A program made the position numbers and the translations under genes. The notes under the pieces were generated by a model that did no database searches, was not told the DNA's origin, and saw only the letters and a list, made by a program, of their open reading frames with translations. This document shows positions 55,401 to 64,000 of a stretch of DNA of 64,000 bases, one piece after another. The stretch is from Haplodiscus bocki (lineage: Eukaryota): NCBI GenBank assembly GCA_965655095.1, contig OZ296649.1:93434001-93498000 (forward strand), read 5' to 3'. Within the stretch, counting starts at the first letter, position 1. The number at the start of each line of letters is the position of its first letter.

Positions 55401-58400
55401 CATACGCCTCTTTAGAATGCAAAGACTACAAACGCACTAACTGAAGAAAGTGACATATTTAGGATGCCGGTAAGGTTGAAGAACGCCCATTAATATAATC
55501 AATTACCGTGAAAAAATTGCGCTTAATTTATGAGAAGATTTTGTCTCACGAGTGTTTCTTGTTCAGAAACTGTTGTATTCGACAGCCAAGGATTGAAAAA
55601 CGTGCGCCAGAGACCACTCGAAAAAAAAGTAGAACGAGCGATTGGTTTTGCACGAACAATTGAATTTCATTCGAAAGCAAATGAAACAAGAAGTTTCCCT
55701 GAAAGGAGTGAATGCGAAACTGGAATCATTACAGAAAAAAAGATTTACAAATTAAAGTAAGGAAAGTAGAAGAGTAGAAGAGTAGAAGAGCGGTACTACC
55801 TTCAGTCCTTATAATCTTTACCACTTCAGCAACTCCACGAAAGCGGCTGACTCTCCAATAATGCACAAAGTAAAAGGAGGTGATACAAACCAGTACGAGT
55901 TGCTTTGACTGAAGCGACAATTAGTTTGAGTGGCCAGAAGCTGTCGATTAGGGACTTGAGTGAATTCGTGGATGCGCTTCTTGACAAAGAAGGCAAAATT
56001 GGCGAACACACCGTAAAGTCACTATTCTTTGCATGGTGTATTTCTTCGAGACTACTATGGGAAGATGATACCCAAAAGTTGCCAAAAGATGCCACTAAAA
56101 TAGTCAACCCTAGAATCTCGAAAAATAACAAAGTTCCAACATCGTTGTAGTTAACAAGAAAATCTTCATATCAAACCTATTTTACAGTACCAAACCATAA
56201 AAACCTTTTTTGTTTCAACTAATTGGACTGCGGTTTTGGAAGACCCAAAGAAAATTGGGCCAGCCATGTAGATAACTGTAAATACGCATGATTCATTATT
56301 AATTTCAATTCAATACCCTAAAACTTACATTTTTACTGAAACTCGGACAGCTCGCTATAGCCCACTGATGAAAGGCAAAGGACAAATTTTTTATGCGACA
56401 ACGCCTTTCACAATGTCTCGTATTCATTTATTCTCCAGTATGTGTAATAGGGTTAAAACTTTATTGAGTTGGTCACTAGCGGCCACGCTGAATTCGTTCC
56501 ATGGTAGCTCCCCATCTTTAATTGTGGAGAACTATGTGAGTCGGCCTCCACACAATCTCTTGAGACAATTTGTTCTATTGTGTGTCAGGCTTATCAAAAA
56601 AACTCTGCTAAAAGTTGATAAAAGTCAAAAAGACTGGCAAAAATAACTACCAGTGTTCTTTTAACGAAGTTGGAGCAAAAAAGATGAATTTGAAGACACA
56701 TGATGTCGTTTCAGGTTCGAAGATGTTGCTGCCCAATGTTCCAAAAAGTTTCACAATAAACAACGCATGAATGAACATCGTGGGAAGAGGCTGAATTTGA
56801 CCGTTCACACTAGATTCTTGATTGATACCTCAAGTGTTAGACAGAAAAGAGAAACTAATCATGAGCCGGTTTTAAATTAACATTCTTCCATTCAGTCAGA
56901 ATGTGTAAAACTGTCCCGGTGTTTACACTTGTAAAGGTTTTTGACCAAAAAACAAAACGTTTTTCAACTTCCAAGTTCTGAGAGCTACAACGATGGTCCA
57001 TATGGTGCCTCCTAAATTCGTATGCAACTGTGCTGCCTTTTCAAAAAAATCAAGATATCGCACGAAAAAGCATCAAAAAACAACCTGGTAATACAATTAA
57101 TTACAGTAATTGCAAGTGCTCCTTCATTTTGGGCGACATTAGTTGAAAACAAGGGTTCGGAAAGGTAATCATTTAGGTTATGAATGTAAGAGGAGGCACG
57201 GCAATGGACTAGTAGTGGTCACAAAACAGGTGGTAGACGACAATATTTAATACGAACTGGAAATGGCCAGCGCCACGTTTCGCCCACCCGGAAAACTTTT
57301 GAAGGCATCAGAAAGCATTCGAATAACATACAAGAAGCAAGTAGAACTAGGCCATACGGTCACATAGATCGTCAAATACTCAGGCAAAAAATTTCTCAAA
57401 TGATAAAAATCGCCAATCAATCGTAAAACTCTTGACAAATAGAAAACTTCCTCCGACGTCAACGTTATCAGTAAAGCCGGAAACTCCCGAGTCATTACAT
57501 TCTGCTGTCCTTAGTTGCTATTGAAATGCTGCGTTTATCCTTTGGGCCCCGTTGTCACATTAAGATACAGATCTTCATGAAAGATTATGTAATAAGAAAG
57601 AAAACTAACTCAATGCGACCTTCTGTTTTTGCTGAGACAACTTAGTATTGTACGAATGTTTATTTTCTGCTAATACGAAGTTAAAGTTTAATAAAAGACG
57701 AGTTCAGAGGAAAGAATGAAGGAAATGAAAAAAGGACTCAATAATTCTGACCATAAACCATGTTTGAATTTGAGGAGAGAACAAAGATGTATCTCGACCA
57801 AATTGGTGTTTCCAGCCGTCACAGCTTCAATCTCCAATCTATCACCGGGATGATAGTGTCTGCGTTATCTTCTGTCTTCTGGTAAACATAGGCTTTCAAT
57901 TTTCCCGAAGGTTTTGCACAAATTCGTGGTCCGTCTAGAAATAAATTACACGGTTCCTCCCTGGACAAATGAAGATATTGAATTTTTAGAAATCAACACT
58001 CGTACAGGTTTGTGTCCACATTGCCCTCCAAAGCTTATCGGAGGATTCAGCGGCATTCCCATGCTGATACGAGAGTGCTGTTGACTACTCTGGAAGTGAG
58101 TGTTACGTCAATCTACGAAGATTGATTCCGTGGGCAGTATGAGATTAAATCATACAGAAGACTAGTGTCCCTTCTTGGATGCCGGAGAAAAGCTTCAAAC
58201 TCTTAATGATTGCATAATAAGTCGTTAGGTCACTTCTTCAATGATCTCAAAAAAAGCAGACGGCATATTACAAAATTGACCTTCCTGACTCAACACCGAT
58301 GTCAACTTCAGAACTGAGCCGTTCGAAAAGAAAGAAATACAGTCAAACCGAGGTCTCTGATGAAATTTGTTACCTTCCGTTTAAGGATGCAATTGATTCT

Positions 58401-61400
58401 CATCGTAGTAGTATCTGCTTCATGTCTTTAGAATTTCATACGGCATTTTAGAATGCAAAGATTACAAACGCACTAACTGAAGAAAGTAACATATTTAGGA
58501 TGCCGGTAAGGTTGAAGAACGCCCATTATTATAAGCAATTAACGTGAAAAAATTGCGCTTAACTTATGAGAAGATTTTGTCTCACGAGTGTTTCTTGTTC
58601 AGAAACTGTTGTATTCGACAGCCAAGGATTGAAAAACGTGCGCCAGAGACCACTCGAAAAAATGTAGAACGAGCGATTGGTTTTGCACGAACAATTGAAT
58701 TTCATTCGAAAGCAAATGAAACAAGAAGTTTCCCTGAAAGGAGTGAATGCGAAACTGGAATCATTACAGAAAAAAAGATTTACAAATTAAAGTAAGGAAA
58801 GTAGAAGAGCGGTACTACCTTCAGTCCTTATAATCTTTACCACTTCAGCAACTCCACGAAAGCGGCTGACTCTCCGATAATGCACAAAGTAGAAGGAGGT
58901 GATAAAAACCAGTACGAGTTGCTTTGACTGAAGCGACAATTAGTTTGAGTGGCCGGAAGCTGTCGATTAGGGACTTGAGTGAATTCGTGGATGCGCTTCT
59001 CGACAAAGAAGGCAAAATTGACGAACACACCGTAAAGTCAGCATTCTTTGCATGGTGTATTTCTTCGAGACTACTATGGGAAGATGATACCCAAAAGTTG
59101 CCAAAAGATGCCACTAAAATAGTCAACCCTAGAATCTCGGAAAATAACAAAGTTCCAACATCGTTGTAGTTAACAAGAAAATCTTCATATCAAACCTATT
59201 TTACAGTACCAAACCATAAAAACCTTTTTTGTTTCAACTAATTGGACTGCGGTTTTGGAAGACCCAAAGAAAATTGGGCCAGCCATGTAGTTAACTGTAA
59301 ATACGCATGATTCATTATTAATTTCAATTCAATACCCTAAAACTTACATTTTTACTGAAACTCTGACAGCTCGCTATAGCCCACTGATGAAAGGCAAAGG
59401 ACAAATTTTTTATGCGACAACGCCTTTCACAATGTCTCGTATTCATTTATTCTCCAGTATGTGTAATAGGGTTAAAGCTTTATTGAGTTGGTCACTAGCG
59501 GCCACGCTGAATTCGTTCCATGGTAGCTCCCCATCTTTAATTGTGGAGAACTATGTGAGTCGGCCTCCACACATTCTCTTGAGACAATTTGTTCTATTGT
59601 GTGTCAGGCTTATCAAAAAAACTCTGCTAAAAGTTGATAAAAGTCAAAAAGACTGGCAAAAATAACTACCAGTGTTCTTTTAACGAAGTTGGAGCAAAAA
59701 AGATGAATTTGAAGACACATGATGTCGTTTCAGGTTCGAAGATGTTGCTGCCCAATGTTCCAAAAAGTTTCACAATAAACAAGGCATGAATGAACATCGT
59801 GGGAAGAGGCTGAATTTGACCGTTCACACTAGATTCTTGATTGATACATCAAATGTAAGACAGAAAAGAGAAACTAATCATGAGCCGGCTTTAAATTAAC
59901 ATTCTTCCATTCAGTCAGAATGTGTAAAACTGTCCCGGTGTTTACACTTGTAAAGGTTTTTGACCAAAAAACAAAACGTTTTTCAACTTCCAAGTTCTGA
60001 GAGCTACAACGATGGTCCATATGGTGCCTCCTAAATTCGTATGCAACTGTGCTGCCTTTTCAAAAAAATCAAGATATCGCACGAAAAAGCATCAAAAAAC
60101 AACCTGGTAATACAATTAAGTACAGTAATTGCAAGTGCTCCTTCATTTTGGGCGACATTAGTTGAAAACAAGGGTTCGGAAAGGTAATCATTTAGGTTAT
60201 GAATGTAAGATGAGGCACGGCAATGGACTAGTAGCGGTCACAAAACAGGTGGTAGACGACAATATTTAATACGAACTGGAAATGGCCAACGCCGCGTTTC
60301 GCCCACCCGGAAAACTTTTGAAGGCATCAGAAAGCATTCGAATAACATACAAGAAGCAAGTAGAACTAGGCCATACGGTCACATAGATCGTCAAATACTC
60401 AGGCAAAAAATTTCTCAAATGATAAAAATCGCCAATCAATCGTAAAACTCTTGACAAATAGAAAACTTCCTCCGACGTCAACGTTATCAGTGAAGCCGGA
60501 AACTCCCGAGTCATTACATTCTGCTGTCCTTAGTTGCTATTGAAATGCTGCGTTTATCCTTTGGGCCCCGTTGTCACATTAAGATACAGATCTTCATGAA
60601 AGATTATGTAATAAGAAAGAAAACTAACTCAATGCGACCTTCTGTTTTTGCTGAGACAACTTAGTATTGTACGAATGTTTGTTTTCTGCTAATACGAAGT
60701 TAAAGTTTAATAAAAGACGAGTTCAGAGGAAAGAATGAAGGAAATGAAAAAAGGACTCAATAATTCTGACCATAAACCATGTTTGAATTTGAGGAGAGAA
60801 CAAAGATGTATCTCGACCAAATTGGTGTTTCCAGCCGTCACAGCTTCAATCTCCAATCTATCACCGGGATGATAGTGTCTGCGTTATCTTCTGTCTTCTG
60901 GTAAACATAGGCTTTCAATTTTCCCGAAGGTTTTGCACAAATTCGTGGTCCATCTAGAAATAAATTACACGGTTCCTCCCTGGACAAATGAAGATATTGA
61001 ATTTTTCGAAATCAACACTCGTACAGGTTTGTGTCCACATTGCCCTCCAAAGCTTATCGGAGGATTCAGCGGCATTCCCATGCTGATACGAGAGTGCTGT
61101 TGACTACTCTGGAAGTGAGTGTTACGTCAATCTACGAAGATTGATTCCGTGGGCAGTATGAGATTAAATCATACAGAAGACTAGTGTCCCTTCTTGGATG
61201 CCGGAGAAAAGCTTCAACCTCTTAAAGATTGCATAATAAGTCGTTAGGTCACTTCTTCAATGATCTCAAAAAAAGCAGACGGCATATTACAAAATTGACC
61301 TTCCTGACTCAACACCGATGTCAACTTCAGAACTGAGCCGTTCGAAAAGAAAGAAATACAGTCAAACCGAGGTCTCTGATGAAATTTGTTACCTTCCATT

Positions 61401-64000
61401 CAATGATGCAAGTGATCCTCATCGTAGTAGTGTCTGCTTCATGTCTTTAGAATTTCATACGCCTCTTTAGAATGCAAAGACTACAAACGCACTAACTGAA
61501 GAAAGTGACATATTTAGGATGCCGGTAAGGTTGAAGAACGCCCATTAATATAATCAATTACCGTGAAAAAATTGCGCTTAATTTATGAGAAGATTTTGTC
61601 TCACGAGTGTTTCTTGTTCAGAAACTGTTGTATTCGACAGCCAAGGATTGAAAAACGTGCGCCAGAGACCACTCGAAAAAAAAGTAGAACGAGCGATTGG
61701 TTTTGCACGAACAATTGAATTTCATTCGAAAGCAAATGAAACAAGAAGTTTCCCTGAAAGGAGTGAATGCGAAACTGGAATCATTACAGAAAAAAAGATT
61801 TACAAATTAAAGTAAGGAAAGTAGAAGAGTAGAAGAGTAGAAGAGCGGTACTACCTTCAGTCCTTATAATCTTTACCACTTCAGCAACTCCACGAAAGCG
61901 GCTGACTCTCCAATAATGCACAAAGTAAAAGGAGGTGATACAAACCAGTACGAGTTGCTTTGACTGAAGCGACAATTAGTTTGAGTGGCCAGAAGCTGTC
62001 GATTAGGGACTTGAGTGAATTCGTGGATGCGCTTCTTGACAAAGAAGGCAAAATTGGCGAACACACCGTAAAGTCACTATTCTTTGCATGGTGTATTTCT
62101 TCGAGACTACTATGGGAAGATGATACCCAAAAGTTGCCAAAAGATGCCACTAAAATAGTCAACCCTAGAATCTCGAAAAATAACAAAGTTCCAACATCGT
62201 TGTAGTTAACAAGAAAATCTTCATATCAAACCTATTTTACAGTACCAAACCATAAAAACCTTTTTTGTTTCAACTAATTGGACTGCGGTTTTGGAAGACC
62301 CAAAGAAAATTGGGCCAGCCATGTAGATAACTGTAAATACGCATGATTCATTATTAATTTCAATTCAATACCCTAAAACTTACATTTTTACTGAAACTCG
62401 GACAGCTCGCTCTAGCCCACTGATGAAAGGCAAAGGACAAACTTTTTATGCGACAACGCCTTTCGCAATGTCTCGTATTCGCTTTTTCTCCTGTATGTGT
62501 AAAAGGGTGAAAACTTTATTGAGTTGGTCACTAGCGGCAACGCTGAATCCGTTCCATGGTAGCTCCCCAACTTTAATTGTGGAGAACTATGTGAGTCGGC
62601 CTCTACACATTCTCTTTTCAATTCCATCTCTTGAGACAATTTCTTCTATTGTGTGTCAGGCTTATCAAAATATCAAAAAAAAATTGTTTGCTAAAAGTCA
62701 AAAAGAGTGGCAAAAATAAGTATCAGTGTTTCTTTAACGAAGTTGGAGCAAAAAAGCTGACATTGAAGACACATGATGTCGTTTCAGGTTCGAACATGTT
62801 GCTGCCCAATGTTCCAAAAAGTTTCACAATAAACAAAGCATAAACGAACATCGTGAGAAGAGGCTGTTTTTGACCGTTCACACTAGATTATTGATTGATA
62901 CATCAAGTGTAAGACAGAGAAGAGAAATTTAGCATGAGCCGGTTTTAAACTAACATTCTTCCATTCAGTCAATGTGTAAACGTGTCCCCGTGTTTACACT
63001 TGTATAGGTTTTTGACCAAAAAACAAAAGGTTTTTGAACTTCCAAGTTCTGACCGCAACAACGATGGTCCATATGGTGCCTCTCAACTTCGTATGCAACT
63101 GTGCTGCCTTTTCAAAAAAATCAAGATATCGCACGAAAAAGCATCAAAAAACAACCTGGTAACACAATTAAGTATTCGATGATGAGGCACGGCAAAGGAT
63201 TAGTACCGGTCACAAAACAGGTGGTAGACGACAAAAGTTAAAACGAACTGGATTTGGCCAACGCCACGTTTCGCCCATCCGGAAAACTTTTGAAGGCATC
63301 AGAAAGCATTCGAATAACAAACGAGAAGTAAGTATAACTAGGCGATACGATCACATAGATCGTCAAATACTCAAGAAATTTTTTTTTCAAATGATAAAAA
63401 TTGCCAATCAATCGTAAAACTCTTGACAAATAGAAAGCTTCCTCCGATGTCAACGTTATCAGTAAAGCCGGAAAAACCCGAGTCATTACATTCTGCTGTG
63501 CTTAGTTGCTATTGAATTGCTGCGTTCATCCTTTGGGCCCCGTTGTCACATTAAGATACAGATCTTCAAGGAAGATTATGTAATAAGAAAGAAAATTAAC
63601 TCAATGCGACCTTCTGTTTTTGCTGAGACAACTTAGTATTGTACGAATGTTTATTTTCTTCTAATAAGAAGTTAAAGTTTAATAAAAGACGAGTTCAGAG
63701 GAAAGAATGAAGGAAATGGAAAAAGGACTCAATAATTCTGACCATAAACCATGTTTGAATTTGAGGAGAGAACAAAGATTTATCTCGACCAAATTGGTGT
63801 TTCCAGCCGTCACAACTTCAATCTCCAATCTATCACCGGGATGATAGTGTGCGCGTTATCTTCTGGTAAACATGGGCTTTCAATTTTCTGGAAGGTTTTG
63901 TGCAAATTCGTGGTTCATCTAGAAATAAATTACACGGTTCCTCCCTGGACAAATGAAGATATTGAATTTTTAGAAATCAACACTCGTACAGGTTTGTGTC
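40428..64000 (+). repeat. Right sub-array carrying the alternative divergent block; includes a two-monomer (E-F) higher-order repeat of ~5.98-5.99 kb
   Basis: All eight blocks from 40428 onward read ...GATGCAA(T/G)TGAT...TCTTTAGAATTTCATAC instead of the left-type ...GTGCAGATGAT...TTTCATGAAGTTTAG. ORF offsets are +5983 (47416/53399, 48235/54218, 48748/54731, 49547/55530) and +5991 (49835/55826, 50377/56368, 51256/57247). Confidence 0.88.
40847..40870 (+). repeat. 8-bp micro tandem repeat (AGTAGAAG)x3 inside the monomer
   Basis: There are three copies here, at 55765-55788 and at 61820-61843; two copies at 49782-49797; and a single copy in the other monomers. Confidence 0.9.

Larger units (their letters stand above)
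1..64000 (+). repeat. Head-to-tail tandem array (macrosatellite) of a ~2.9-3.0 kb monomer filling the whole window
   Basis: The anchor AGTAAAGCCG (or a close variant) recurs at 1, 2929, 5854, 8765, 11672, 14580, 17490, 20481, 23471, 26371, 29359, 32349, 35325, 38217, 39529, 42552, 45506, 48458, 51479, 54441, 57470, 60489 and 63461. Spacing is 2892-3029 bp except one 1312-bp unit. The same ORF fragments recur once per unit in the same orientation (e.g. MLFFEIL/MLFSEIL on - 21 times). The phase is arbitrary. Confidence 0.99.

Noticed and set aside
1-64000. CRISPR array, prokaryotic operon, or LTR/TIR mobile element
   Set aside because: There are no short repeats with unique spacers, no intact genes, no terminal repeats or target-site duplications, and no unrelated insertion in the window.
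1-64000. Whole array as an assembly artefact
   Set aside because: Units carry structured subtype-specific variants, indels and higher-order periodicity that a collapse or expansion artefact would not create. The exact copy number still needs read support.

Overview
The whole 64 kb window is one head-to-tail tandem array (macrosatellite) of a ~2.9-3.0 kb monomer: 21 full copies, one internally deleted 1,312-bp copy and a partial copy at the right edge. The array runs off both ends. I find no intact protein-coding gene, RNA gene, CRISPR array, LTR or TIR. The short ORFs in the track are fragments of the same repeat, recurring once per unit. The main result is that the monomer looks like decayed, intronless protein-coding DNA on the + strand. 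Single frames run 270-385 codons with only 4-8 stops. Stops in one monomer subtype are sense codons in another. Two strongly diverged versions of a ~550-bp block differ largely by synonymous changes in that frame. I cannot name the protein family. The array has internal structure: a near-identical left block, a 3-monomer ~8,878-bp higher-order repeat, a sharp haplotype switch near 40.43 kb, a 2-monomer ~5.99-kb higher-order repeat, conversion tracts and microhomology deletions. A eukaryotic host and a viral or transposon origin are inferences only.
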